Below are positions 25,392-38,658 of a stretch of 64,000 nucleotides of DNA, one piece after another. The notes beneath the pieces are model-generated. The model saw nothing but the letters and a program-made list of their open reading frames with translations. It was not told the DNA's origin and did no database searches. A program made the position numbers and the translations under genes. This DNA is from Squalus acanthias (Eukaryota): NCBI GenBank assembly GCA_030390025.1, contig CM059432.1, positions 90,584,001 through 90,648,000 on the forward strand, given 5' to 3'. Each line of letters begins with the position of its first letter. Position 1 is the stretch's first letter.

Positions 25392-25548
25392 TGGCCAGGA
25401 ATTTATTCGGAGCTGCTGCCGCTCCTCTGCTGTAACTTTACAGGAACTGTGGCGGAAAACCTATTTATGTGCCTAAATGGTATTTCCGTCGCAATTCTGG
25501 CAAAGTTACAATGGCAGAACAGGACCAGATCCGAGAAAATTCTAGGCC
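25392..25548. mobile_element. Short Harbinger-type MITE
   Basis: Ends ggccagggaattt / aaattctaggcc with further internal inverted similarity. Confidence 0.55.
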
Positions 25549-26547
25549 TGTGTAATTACAAGCTAAGTGGCACTCTATTACGCTTTCCCACAAATCACTC
25601 AAAACACTTTCTGAACAAAATTTTCTGTGCCCTTTTCTCAGTAATTGGAATTTCTAATGTCTAAAGTAAGGCGCCAAACAATAATTTTTTTTAATTTACA
25701 TATTTCACATTAACATTATGAAATTTACCCATTACATTTTCTTTTGTATCTTTTATTGCCCTCATTAAAGCCTTTATTTATGGCCATAATCTCCCAAAAA
25801 TCTGGGCTTAAACTTGATATATTTTGCCTGGAGCTGTGATTCTGTTAGCTGAATGTAGATTTTATAGTCTGAGAAAGTGTAGTGTTCCCAATTTGTCAGG
25901 ATGCATCCGTACCATTTAATCAGCTGACCTGCTGGAATATTTTTCTTTAGATTCTAGTAAATTCTGCTCAACTATTATTCAGAAATATTTGAAGAAAAGC
26001 TAGAGGACAAACTTCAAAAGCTTTATTTACAGAAAGTTTTAATTTTTTTAACAGAAAGTCTGTTTGTCTGTGTTAGTTAGAAAAAAGGACAGACATGTTA
26101 TAGCTATAGTTTTGTGTTCTATAAAGTACATAAAGTGTATTAAGCTGAGAGACGCGAAAATCCCTGGGCCATGGTCCCACTTGTTATGTAGGATTATGCC
26201 GCCTTGCCTTCCGGTGCTGACTTCAGTAGGCATCATCTTACTTGGCATATCAGCTTCCAGTAATGCACCAAATCCCGACTGAGCCAGGGAAGTGGAAACT
26301 CTCAGTATAGGGCATTCACAACCTCGGGCCGCTCCCTGACTACATTGGATTTGTGAGGGAGGGGATTAAGGTTCTGCGCCTTACAAGCTGGACTGGGGCC
26401 TTGCTATTTTCTGGTGAGTTCCTCTGGACTCTCACTAGAGTTATGGTGGGAGTCCGGCAGAACCTCCAGGAAGTTTGCGGCCTGTGCCTTTCCTCATTCT
26501 AATTTGTGTTCATTTTCAAATAAAATTGAATTTTAAAGCAAACATAC

Positions 26548-27075
26548 AGGGACCGAACTTCACTTGGGAAAATCGGTGTTAACAGGGCAGTAAGGGCCTC
26601 AAAATTGGGTCTTATTGCTGTGTTAACCCCGACGTTCCGACCTCCGTCATTTTGAAAGGGGCCTACTTTTGGGCAGCCGGAACGCCCGCCTGAAACGGAT
26701 GGTAGTCTTTTCCATGCAAATTGGGGTCCTAATTACACAATTAGGACCCCGATTGCAATTTTCAGGGACACATGGGTGAAGCTTACGATGCGAATGCTCT
26801 GCCCATGTGTACTGGCATTCTGATCAGGATATGGCCAGAATTTCTTTTTAAATTCTATTTTTGTGGAGCTGGCAGGAGACTGTCCCCCCTCCCCCTACCG
26901 AAGACCTACCTGTCGGCTTCCCAGCTGGCCAACATTCCTGATGCCCTGGGCATGCGAGCTGCATCGAGATGCCTGTTTGGTGTCTGCAGCTTGCATGTCA
27001 AATTCAAATGAGGTTGGAGTCTCAAAATCATGGCCGCTGGCACGAACAGCCGCCAAAAAGTCAAAATCAATCCCC
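26548..27075. mobile_element. Harbinger-type MITE
   Basis: Ends gggaccgaactt / aaaatcaatcccc; internal hairpin ggggtcctaatt...aattaggacccc. Confidence 0.5.
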
Positions 27076-27799
27076 AAGTGTCTCATTATCACCTGTGTTA
27101 TTTTAACAGTTAGAACATAGAGACATTCTAATTAGTGTCACCTGTGACACAGGCAGAAAACAGAGACAGAATCAGTAAATAAAAACAAGTATGTTGAATT
27201 TGCACAGTAGACAGAAAGTCTCTAATTATCATATGATTACCACCTGTGTTTTGTTAGAAAATGTAACCATTCTAATTACAAACAGCGGTCAGATGCAAAG
27301 ACATAAAGAATATATAATTAAAAATATTCAAAGCAAAATACGCCATGATATATAATTGGATTTCTACAAGGTAACTGCAAGGGAGACTCCTTAACTTATA
27401 AGTAATCTTTTTGGAACATTTTAATCCTCTATAAATTATGTAACAAATTATGTATTAACTTTCATCACAGTTAATCAGTGCTAATTCACTGAGTTAGCTC
27501 CTTTAAAAAGACGTTGGTTAATTATCTGTCAGGAAGTGAAATTGAAGGTTATAGAGTTAGATTTAGCTTTTGGTGAGTAAATAGTAATGGAATACTTTGT
27601 TATGTTTTTCATTATACAGATTCTGCCTGGTACTTGGTTTACCTTAAGTTCTTTTTTTCTTCTATCAGCAATTTTGACATTCTTTTTATACTTCAGTATG
27701 TTTGTACAATTTTACTTATGCACTTCAAACTGGCTTTCCTGGTGATCTGCTCCATAGCACATTCAGTCACACTCGAATAGTTGTTCTGCACCCCAACCT

Positions 27800-28085
27800 A
27801 TTTAAGTGTAAAATCAAGAAGCACTTTTTCACACAAGGGGTAGAGGAAATATGGAACAGTTTCCCCCAAAAGGCTTTTGTTACTGGGCCAATTGAAATTT
27901 TAAAGAGTGAGATTGATAGATTTTTGTTAGATAAGGGTATCAGGAGACAATATACTTTGATCGGTAAGGGTATCAAGGAATAAGGAACAAAGATGGGTAA
28001 ATGGAGTGGAGGTACATATCAGCCATGATCTAATTGAACAGTGAAACAGGCTCGAGGGGCTGAATGGCCTATTCCTGTTCCTACG
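27800..28085 (+). mobile_element. CR1 3'-end fragment
   Basis: KHFFTQGVEEIWNSFPQ...KSEIDRFL and tail ggctcgaggggctgaatggcctattcctgttccta. Confidence 0.8.
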
Positions 28086-28705
28086 AAACAAAGTTTACTT
28101 CATAAGTATAATTCACACCTTCCTTCATTCGACACTAGATTGAAATAAAATGTGATGAAAATTTACCTTGGATTTTAGGCTTTTTTAAATAGCCTATTTG
28201 TTTATAAGGATACTAATTGTTTATAGCAGGGCTTACTAGTGTTATAATTATTTTCATTTTTAAATAACTAGGTCAAATATTAACATATCACTTGTTTGAC
28301 CTATTTATATTACAATATGATGCATTATTGTACTTCTATATTAGTTATATATTTATTACTATAACTATGTATATTCATTATATATTACTATAAATATGTA
28401 AATATAAATATTATATAAATATAATATAACTAAATAGATGCAGGTTTTCTACTCTCATAGGGGAGTTAATCTGTGGACCTCTGCATAAAATGTTTTGCAA
28501 AGATGTTTTCTATGTTTAAAAGAAGGTAGTCAGAGATTTAATATGTGGAGCCTCTTGGAAGAACTGGTATTCTTCTAATTACATCTCTTATCAGTGCTTT
28601 GTGGAGTATTACTTTATTTGTATATCAACAATAACCAAGGGTGAATAATATACTTTTTAAAACAAATTATTGTTATGAAAATACAATTTTTTTAATTACT
28701 TTTAG

Positions 28706-28885
28706 TTGAGCGATAGTGAAGGACAAGTTAGCACTCTGGGCTTGGAAGTAAATATGTTGAAGATGAGATTGGTGGAAAAGACTGATCTGGTTCAAAACCT
28801 GGAAGACCAAATTCTAAAACAGCACGAGTCCTTAAACAGAGCCAGTGAAACTCTCAGAGGTACCAAGAAGGCAGCTGGTAATAAG
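28706..28885 (+). CDS. Internal exon E (LSDSEGQVSTLGLEVNMLKMRLVEKTDLVQNLEDQILKQHESLNRASETLRGTKKAAGNK)
   Basis: Acceptor ttacttttag, donor AAG|gtaaaa; 180 nt, phase 0/0; coincides with ORF 28706..28912. Confidence 0.85.
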
Positions 28886-30699
28886 GTAAAAACTGTCACG
28901 AATCAAGAGTAATGCATCTCCATATGAAAGGGGGGATCCTGATTTGGGAAAGATTTGCAGGTTGACCTGTTCCTGAATATAGGAAGCAATAGTTAGCATC
29001 AATGATTTAAGGTCTATAACCACAGCCCACATCATACATAAAACCAAAGCATTTTTCAGATACAACAGGATAAATTCAGTGATCCCACACTTCTAGCAGG
29101 GAGTTACATAGAAGGAGTGTTGGATGGAGATAGGGCTACAACACTGTAGCCTCAATTCTCCCAGCCTTTGGGCAGGGCTGCCTGCAGGGAGGATGAGATT
29201 TACCCTTATGTTTAAAAATGATAGTAAAAGAATACACATAAATTTAGTATTCATAAATGTATTATACAATAACTAACAAATTAATTCTATCTTTGGCTTT
29301 TGAGAAATGTTGCTTTGTTTTCATTCATTCGGCTTTCAGATACAAATGGAAAGACTAACATCTAAAATGAGTAGGTCCCTTTAAGATTTAACATCATAAA
29401 GTGGCATGACAGCTGCAAGGTTTTCCCCCACCACATATTGTATAAGCCTCATTTTTCCCATTATTGGCACTTTCATTGTAACAAGGACAAAAAATTTCTA
29501 AAGCAACACTTATACAGTTGCTACACATTTAAAATTTGGTCCTTTACTAGCCAATCCCTCATAGCATTGTACATGGGAGGGGGGAATAAAATTCAACTTA
29601 GGCGCAAAAGGGGTGATAGCAGATCAGCCGCCTTTATACATCCCGCCGAATTTTCCTTTCCATTGACTTTAGAGAGAATATGGCCTTCAGTGACTCCCTT
29701 TCCATCCCCTACCCCAGTCGCTCATGCTTCCCCATCCCCTTGCTCCCATTATGTCCCCAACCAATTTACCTTCACAACCACTTTCAGTTTCTACACCCCC
29801 TCACACATATTGCTACACCTACTCACTCCCATCTAGGTTACAACCTACCTCTTCTTTGAACTACCTGTTCATGCCCTGCATTCTTTGTACCCCCTTGCTC
29901 TGCTGTCATCCACCTGACCCTTACCCTTCCGTCCACTCTCCTCTACTTCCACCCACTCTCCTGAAGAGCAGGTGTTGAGAGACCAGAGGCCCCCTCAACA
30001 TGTTTGTCTCATACCCTACTCCTGCTTATCTATTTGCCTCAAATGAGGAAAGAAACTGTCTGTCTGCTTTTCTTTCCATTTGTGTCTTTCTGTCTGTCTG
30101 GACTCGGTTTTAACTCCTGGGCAGAAATGCAGCAAAGAGAGTGGTTGGTTACATCTAGGAGAGGAAGATTTTGGAGGGAATCTCCCATGTTGCAGCTTGA
30201 AAAACTTTCTATGCTTTAGAAAGATGATCTTTATTAATCTTCAACTACCACCTATTGCCCCAATATCTGTACTTTCTAAAATAATGTAAGATGCTGATAC
30301 CTTACAAATTATCACTGGGACGCTCCCTGATGGCTCAAATAATTTATCTAGTGAGCAATGAGTTTATCTAGTGAATAGTTGAGTTATGTAAACCAGGAAG
30401 GTGCAAGACTTGATCCTGTAGTAAAGGAAATAAAGTTAGCTCACTTCACAATGCTTTAAGGTGGTCATCCCAAAATCAGCACTTTCAGAGGACCAGAAGC
30501 AGAATGCCAGGGAATCAAGCCCAGGGAAATCTAAACAAAAAAGGGGGACAAAGTCAAATCAGTAAATGCATTTCAACAATGAAGTGGGGATATGATTTTT
30601 AAAAAGTTTTCCTCACAACAGTTTTCAGTTGTATTAATTATAATAATCAGAGAATCTATACACTAACATAGGCATGATTGCACTGCACAGCTGGTGAGC

Positions 30700-31050
30700 C
30701 ACACAGAATAATGAGGTCCTGGATTTAATCTCTGGCCTGTGCTGAGTTAGCTGATCTCAGCCGTGGTGGCATTTGGCCTGCTGCAGTTGGTTTGATTGCC
30801 TCTGGGCTAGGGAGAGAATAATTGTCCAGAATTCTTGTTCCTGCACACTTTCTGACTCCTGCTAGAAATGTACATGTGTGTGGATGTTGGGTGAAGACAG
30901 AATTGGGCTTAGCTGTGATATCCCCCTCCCTCATGCCACCACGGGCACTCACTGTCAAGGTTTGCATTGTAGGGTGACTTATGCCTGTGGAACCATATCC
31001 TAAAAATGCCTTGAGAAAGGGAGAGGAGAAAATTGATAGAGAAAAACAAA
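30700..31050 (+). mobile_element. LF-SINE-like element (degraded)
   Basis: ctgtgctgagttagctgatctcagcc...ctgggctagggag...tgtgtggatgttgggtgaagacagaattgggcttagctgtgat...cactcactgtc...gtggaacc...gaggagaaaattg follows my recollection of the LF-SINE consensus order. Confidence 0.65.
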
Positions 31051-31269
31051 ATCAAAAGAATCCTTCCCATTATTTTTTTCTAGTATGACAAGATGTCTCC
31101 CATGTTTTTAAAACCTGGTTCAAATGTGACTTATATTACCAGTGGTGGCAGAACTAAATAATATCTAAAAGTCATCCCTTATTTATGTTAAAGGTATTCA
31201 CATCCAATAACTGGCTTAATAGGTGTTTTTAGTCGATTAACAATAGGCATGTAAAAAAAAGTATTGTTG

Positions 31270-33020
31270 GGATGAGGGTGAGGCTGACCAAGCTGCATTT
31301 ATTGCCCATTCCTAGTTAAACTAGGTGAATCTTCGCCTAAAACCGCTGTAGGCCTTGTGGTAATGCTGCTCTTACAATGGTGTTAGGTAGGGAATTCTAG
31401 AATACTGACCCAAAGTTGATGAAGAAATAGCAGTATATATCTGAATTGGGATGGTGTGTGACTTGAAGGGGTCCTGGAGGCGATCATGTTCCCATGATAT
31501 TGCTGCTGCTTGGTTGTAGAGGTCACAGGCCTGGTAGATTCTGTCAAAGTAAACTTGGTGAGTTGATGCAGTATATTGGATAGTACATAAAGCAGCCAAA
31601 GTGTGCCAATGATGATGGGGGTGGATATTGAGCTCAGTGGCAAGGGTGACGATCTGTCCTGGATGGTATTGAGTTTCTTGAGTGTTGTTGCAGCTGCACC
31701 TATCCAAGCAAGTGGCGAGTATTCCAGCGCACTCCTGACTTAAACCTTATAGATGTTCGAGAGGCCTTAGTGGGTCACAAGGTGAGTTATTCGTTGCAAA
31801 ATACCCAGCCTCTGCCCTGCTTTTGTATCCATATTGTTGATATGGCTGGTCCAGTAAAGCTTCTGGTCTGTGTTTAGCCTCAAGATATTGATGGTTGGGT
31901 ATTGAGGGGGTGAGGGGGTGGTCATATGAGGAGAGGTTGGGTAGATTGGGACTCTACTCATTGGAGTTCAGAAGAATGAGAGGCGATCTTATTGAAACAT
32001 ATAAGATTGTGAAGGGGTTGGATCGGGTGGATGCGGGGAGGATGTTCCCGATGACGGGTGAGACGAGAACTAGGGGACATAGTCTTAGAATAAGGGGCTG
32101 CTCTTTCAAAACTGAGATGAGGAGGAACTACTTCACTCAGAGGGTGGTAGGTCCATGGAATATGCTGCCACAAAAAGCTGTAGAAGCTACAACATTAATT
32201 AAATTTAAAACAGAAATAGACAGTTTCCTAGAAGTAAAGGGCATTAAGGGTTACGGGGAGCGGGCAGGAATTTGGACATGAGTCTAGGTTCGGATCGGTC
32301 ATGGCCCTGTGGGTAGTGGAGCGGGCCCAGGGACTGTGTAGCCTGATTCTGCTCCTATTTCGTGTGTGCAATTCTGTTAGATGCAGGAGATGGTTCTGTG
32401 ATAGATAGTAGATTGGCGGTTAGGATCAGATCAGCCATGATCTTATTGAATGGCGGAGCAGGCTCGAGGGGCCGATTGGCCTACTCCTGCTCCTATTTCT
32501 TATGTTCTTATGTTCTTATGTTCTTATTCAGCACTCGTGGTGCTGTTTAAGGCCAGGGAGAGATAGTTGGGCCTTTTCTTATTGCAGATGGTCATTGCAT
32601 GGCACAAATGTTGTGTGGCATGAATGTTACCTGTCACTTGTCAGCTCAAGCCTGGATGTTGTCCAGCTCCTGCATGGGCTGCTTAATTGTTGGAGGAGTT
32701 GTGAATGGTGTTGAACACTATCGAATTGTTAGCGAATGTCCCACTCCTGACCTTGTAACAAAAGGAATGTCGGTAATAAGCAGCTAAAGATGTTTGGGCC
32801 AAGGATGCTGCCTTGAGGAACTTCTGCAGTGATGTCTTTGGGCTGCCATGATTGACTTTCAGCAACCACAACTATTTTTCTTTGTGCCAGGACTGAACTA
32901 GGGTTGCTCTGACTTGATAAAAATGGGGAAGAGAGGAATATGCAAGCCATGAAGTTGCAGGTTGCAGTTGTATACAATTCTGGTGATAGTGATAGCCCAG
33001 AGTGCATTGTAGTTGGCCAA
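31270..33020 (-). mobile_element. Decayed L2/CR1-group LINE 3' region, interrupted by a CR1 fragment
   Basis: EVPQGSILGPNIFSC and DQKLYWTSHIN..KAGQRLGIL in minus ORFs; the 3' UTR is repeated at ~40345-40420. Confidence 0.65.
31905..32527 (+). mobile_element. CR1 3' fragment with 8-nt tandem tail (ttcttatg)n
   Basis: ORF 31895..32281 SYEERLGRLGLYSLEFRRMRGDLIETYKI...TRGHSLRI; tail ttcttatgttcttatgttcttatg. Confidence 0.9.
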
Positions 33021-34196
33021 TTTTGGGTTGTTAGATCTGCCCTTAGTCTATCCAAAATGGGCGTGAAGTTGGCTGAGGGGCCATGCCACCCTCCCAAACT
33101 TGGCGTTCGGAAACCCGAAGCATTTTGAGATCACACTGCAGCTCACTGGTTGTGGGAGAGCGGGAAATCAGCTGGCTCCTGGGCTGAGCCGTGCGCCAGG
33201 TTGAGCTGGGGGTGGGGGTGGGGGGAAGCCGATCCCAGAAGGAGGTGAGCACGTGCACACAGAGATTCAGCATGTGCACAACACTAGCTCTGTCCACTTG
33301 CAGTTCAAATTACGATCGGGGTCTTACAAAGGTGTAAGCCACTAGTTTGCATATTTGAACAACCTCTCACCTGAAAAAGGCAGGCATGTCATTTGGCCAT
33401 TTACAGGCCCACCTGAAAATTGCAAGTGGTGACCAAAGTAACCCACCCCCCACCCAACCAATTTTTCAGGCTATGCAGTGGTCACCCCACTCAGTGCTAT
33501 TGTGGACAGACAAGTAAACCAACAAAGAAAAATGAAGTCTGGATAAAACCATGAAAATTAACTTGAATGCTAACGGTGGTGTTTTCTGATTGACAGTAAG
33601 TCAGCATAAAAAATAATTTTCAACCGATTTTCACGAAATAGTTCTAAATATGTATCAGTAAATAATGGTTTCCTCCCAAAATTGAGAAAATAAACTTGAA
33701 ATTTTGCATCATTTTCTTACCAAAAATCAGGTGCATGGCAGTTTGTGCACATTGTTGCCGTCATGGTTGCGATGAGCATACATTTCTGCACATGAAAGTG
33801 GCCGTGTAGTTTGGATTTTTTTAAAGGGGACCTGGATCATCTTTAGGTATTGCTGAGAGGATGATATTCTTTATTCTGCCTTAAATGTCTGTCTTCATTT
33901 TTGGTTGGGTACAGAACAAGGACAGCAGTGCACTGACAAAATTACCACACTTGGGGCTGAATTTTGCCGGCGCGCAGAGTGCGGGTTTGGAGGCGGGTCC
34001 GCTGTCAAAATCACTAAGATTGACAGCAGGTCGGTATCCTGCTGTAAACCCGCCTCCTTGTCAGTTTCCCAAGTGTCGGGTCTGTCATCCCGGAAGAGAC
34101 CCGACACCAAAGCGGCGGGTCAGCCAATTTAGATAGTTAAAAGGTTGTTGAAAGTGAGTTAAGAACCATTTTCCCATGTACTTACCATTTTACCAG

Positions 34197-34922
34197 GGGG
34201 GCTAAATTCGGTTGATTTGTGCCTCCAGTTAGCACCCTAAGAGCAAATCAACTAGTGCCTGGGCGCGGCGCCGCTAACGCCTCCCGCGAAATTCAGCGGG
34301 TGGTTAGCAGCGGCGCTAACCGTTAGTGCCGTGCGGCGCTGCGACGCCGGCGATGATGTCATCACTGTGCACAGCGCCCCGTTCGTGCCCCGGCTGTAAC
34401 ATTGGGTGGTGCCCCCCGACTTACCGCCGGACGCTATGTCCGCCGGGGTCAGGGGGGGCCTACCTGCGGCCGGGGCAGCACTAGTTAAAGGGGAGGTGCG
34501 GGTGGCCATTTTTGTTGCTGGCCGCCTGCCAGCACCTGCCCCTGTTGCTGTCCCCGGCCCCCGTGAAGACCCCCCGCGGGGTGCCAGCTGCTCTCCGTGA
34601 GCCCGACACTCCTCTTTAGTGCCGGGCTCGTTTGCCGGCATTCCTGATCCCTGGTGGCCCAGCTGGGCGCCGGGACGCGCTGCGCCAGGCCCCTCCCCTT
34701 TAATAAGGGGAGGAAGGCCTGCAGTACCGCGGCACATAGTGCCGCGATATTGGCTCGCAGCGCCCCAAGAGGGACGCATGGCGCTTCCAGTAGCACCCCT
34801 CCTCCCTCTCGGGGCGCTACCTGGGAAAATCGGCCGTGGGGGCGCTAACTTTTTTTGGCCACTAAAATTAGCGCCCCGGTGAAGATAGCACCCCAAAGGG
34901 GGCGCTACCCAATTTTTACCCC
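34197..34922. mobile_element. CpG-rich MITE nested in the Harbinger left arm
   Basis: Ends gggggctaaatt / aatttttacccc; CAG duplication at 34194-34196 and 34923-34925; repeated ggcgcta/tagcgcc motifs. Confidence 0.75.
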
Positions 34923-35233
34923 CAGGTTTTTAATGGGGTTCCCGGAGAGCGAATATCACGTCAGGTAAGCATGGCGTGTTCTCAATGAGTCTCCATTGCT
35001 GTGAATCGGTGACAGCTACAAAAGTGGTCTAAAAGCTACCATTTCACAGCTGTTCACTTCCCAATCTTAGAAGCTGGAGCCTTGATGATTTGGAAGCCAC
35101 TTTTGAGGTTTATGCACTTTTGAAGTGTTTGCAGTAATCTGTCTATCCACTGTCACCTCCTTGGAACAACCTATCTCAACATTGACAGATTAGTGCTGTC
35201 ATCTCAACTGCAGCAGCCATACATCACATCACA

Positions 35234-36462
35234 ATGGGCACGATTTATGCTATATCACCTTGATCCTCTGATTCTGATGACGATCAACCGCAGCAGCAGC
35301 AGAACCAGCCACACCAGCAGCAGCAACAACAAGAGCGCCAACCTTCTCCTGAATCACCTGATGCTGCACAGGGCAGAGGGCATCAGCGTAGGGCTGCAGG
35401 CCGCTGGAGGCGATAGCCACAAAACAGGGTATACAGGCAGAGGATGAGCTTCCTCAACCTGACGGAGCAGCAGTGCTTCAGGAGGCTCAGGCTATTGCGC
35501 CAGGTCATCGCCGACATTTGCACATTGCTAGAGCAAGACCTGCAGCCCAGAGGAAGGGGTGGACACCCCTTAAAGTCACCATGGCCCTCAACTTCTTCGC
35601 CTCAGGCTCCTTCCAGGCATCTGTAGCAGACCTTTCCGGCATATCGCAGTCGGCCACCCACACATGCATCACACAGGTCACTGATGCCCTCTTTAACAAG
35701 TCTGCAAATTATATCCATTTTGTAAATGATGAAGGCACTGTCAATGAGTGTGCGCTCGACTTTGCAGCTGTCTTCCCACGGGTGCAGGGCGTAATCGACT
35801 GCACACATGTGGCCATCAGGGTACCCCATCACAACCCAGTTGCATTTGTCAATCGCAAGGGGTTCCACTCCCTCAACGTGCAGCTGGTCTGCAACCATAG
35901 GAAGATTATCATCCATGTGTGCGCCAAGTTCCCTGGCAGTTGCCATGACACGTACATCCTGCGTCAGTCCACCGTCCCTCAGCTCTTCGCACCGCCAACC
36001 AGACTTTCCAACTGGCTGCTTGGAGACGAGGGCTATCCCCTGAAGATGTGGCTCATGACACCTTTGAGGAGGCCAGTAAATGAGGCTCAGGAATGTTATA
36101 ATCAAAGCCACATCTCCACTAGAAGTGTCATTGAGCAGACAATAGGATTGATCAAAATGCGCTTCAGATGCCTGGACAGATCTGGAGGAGCTCTTCAATA
36201 CGCACCAGCCAGGGTCTCCAGAATTGTCGTGGTCTGCTGCGCCCTGCACAGCATAGTGCAGCAGCGAGGATTAGCACTGGATGAGGAAGATGACGCAGAG
36301 CGCACATCCTCTGAGGAGGAGGAGGAGGAGCAGCATGACTCTGAAAACGAGGATGAGGAAGACTTGGAGAAGGCGGAGGTGCCATTACGAGCAGTACGTG
36401 ACCACATTGCTGCCCGTGACGCCAGGGATGCCCTAATCAATGGCACATTTATATTACTTTAA
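35234..36462 (+). pseudogene. Harbinger DDE transposase (HARBI1-like nuclease), disrupted near the N-terminus
   Basis: [56 protein letters not shown], acidic tail. The frame from ATG 35234 has two stops and a frameshift near 35570. Confidence 0.9.
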
Positions 36463-36741
36463 AAGCTCAGACATGTGTCTGCCACAGGCATACGCAGGCT
36501 GCCATTACCTCACACCAACAACATAGAGCAGTCCAACAATGACCATGTTATTCTTTTCACTCTCACCACCATTGGTGGATGTGAAAGGAGCCCTGACCAT
36601 TCACTCTGCCACTTCCATTTGAGCACACACATTAGTCACTGACTGCAAATATTGAAAAATAAATGGTTTATTACAGCTACATCATAGAATTTCAACATAA
36701 CATTAATAATCAAAAACACACCCGTGTGACTACCCTTGTGA

Positions 36742-38658
36742 CTATTTGTGTGGGATCTTTCTTTCCTGAGTGTTTCTATGTGCTGCTAACCCTGTGGCTT
36801 CAGCAGAGGTAGACACAGCCTCCTCGACTCCCTGCTGCGTCTGCTTAGACACCTTTGGCGGTCGTCCTCTGGGTTTACGAGCCCGTGAGGACCCCGCCAA
36901 AGTCTGCTGTTCCTGCAACTGTGCAGGGGCAGACTTGGCCATCACTGTCCGGGGAGGCATCTGGGGCTCTGATCGAGGGGTTGGTAAGGGGGTGAAAGTG
37001 TGAGCGCTTGGAGAGGAGTCCCCTCTTCCATGTCCTCTCCCACCATCATCTCTCTCATGGGCCACCCGCACTTCCCTGCTAGCAAGGAGCTTGAGAGCAC
37101 CTTGCTGCACTTCCGTGGGGCCATGAGGGCCCTCGTCTATACTGACACTCTTTCTAGAAAGGGCGTCTATAAGCCTCTGGTTTCTCTCCTCCATAGATGC
37201 CCAACTACTTTGAAGTGAAACCATGTTGTCATGAGACTGGCATGTTACGTCCTTCATGCAGGTGGCCATCCTATCCATGGAGGAATTTATAGTTGCCAGT
37301 GAGTGCGTCATGGTGGTGCTCATGTTGGAGATGGACTCCTCCATTCTCTGCACACTCGCAGTCACCGCGGTCAAGAAACCTGTCAGAGCCTCCTGCACTT
37401 GTTCCTGCAGCTCCAGGATCGCCCTCTTCCTGGATGGTCCCTGAGGCGCAGCATCTGCATGCAGCTGAGCAGAGCTAGGAGACTCCTGCGCCCTCCGACA
37501 AGGAGTCTCCACTGCTGTTACTGTCTCCACCATCTGCTCTTGCTCACCTGTGATGTGAAATACACCAGGTGACAACACTATTCTATCTCGCGAGATACCC
37601 ACCGTGGCGTGTGTCTCTGCGCTGGTGTTGGCTTGCCGTGTATGAGGTGACGCTGCTCCCTCAGGCAGGAGGCTTCTCTGAGGAGTCTTGTTGCTCTTCC
37701 TTCTGGACTGTGGGCGGGGAGGCCTCTTGATGGACCTGTGGGAGAGTAAAGACAGCATTTAAATATATCAGATGTCGACTGCATATCCACATGATGAGCA
37801 TTCATTTTCTGGTGACGTCAGACCCCATATGAGTGACTGATGAAAGACATGCAAGTGTATGGAACATAATTATGTCGCCAGGTTCTTCTAATAAGTCCCT
37901 CTCTCCGTCTCCCTCTCTCCGTCTGGTCGACCACTCCTGCTATATCTAGTGCTGCTTCCTCTGCTGTGGTAAAAAAGGCCATGCATTGAGGTCCTCCTCC
38001 GGTTCTCTCCCTCTCCCTCTTATTGTGGGCTCTCTTTTCCTGCAAGGAGGGAAGGAAGAGAAGGTTGAGTGAGAGTGATGGAATGAATGTAAGGAATGGA
38101 TGGGTTACATCTTTAGAGGGAGAATATGATGCAGTGGGGTGCAAATACCAAGTTGCCTCCTTTTGTGTTGTTAGTTGATGTCATTGCATAACAATGAGGG
38201 TGAGTGTGAGGGGTGCATAGTAAGATGGGGACGTGATAATGTAGATAGAGAGAGAGAGGGATGGATGAACGTCCAAGGGATGGTGGGTTGAGTAACGGTA
38301 TGTAGGAGGAGGGATGGCAATGCAGAGTGGTGGGGATGTGATGAAAGGCACAGCAGCATTGAGGTAAGTGTGGCTTTATACCGACTTTTCTTGATCTTAG
38401 AAGATCATTAAACCTCTTGCGGCACTACACCCAGGTCCGAACCACAACTGACATTCCTGTCACCTCCTGCGCTATCTGCAGCCACGCTGTCTTCGTCTGC
38501 TGGGGAGGCCTCTTCCTCCCGTCCGTAGGGAAGAGAACCTCCTTACGTGCTCTCACTCCCTCCACAAAATGATGGAGCGATTCCTCACTGAAGCCAGGCG
38601 CTACTCTTTGACGATGGAAAGACATTATGCACATCTGCACACACTGACAGCAATGCAT
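36742..38658 (-). pseudogene. Harbinger Myb/SANT-like DNA-binding partner, three exons (~38658-38386, 38039-~37878, 37735-36742)
   Basis: Exon 1 APGFSEESL..EGVRARKEVLFP..KTAWLQIAQEV..RTWV*CRKRFNDL; acceptors ccttgcag and ctcccacag; exon 3 has a coiled-coil and a KPRGRPPK AT-hook-like motif. Confidence 0.85.

Noticed and set aside
28310..28435. Extremely AT-rich stretch as a functional element
   Set aside because: Low-complexity TA-rich sequence with no further structure visible
34252..34896. 214-aa ORF and overlapping ORFs
   Set aside because: They lie inside a GC-rich MITE with a TSD; low stop-codon density explains them and no domain motifs are visible
35473..36462. Domesticated host gene HARBI1
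   Set aside because: It is intronic, TIR-flanked, paired with a Myb gene and has stops and a frameshift upstream, so it is a transposon copy
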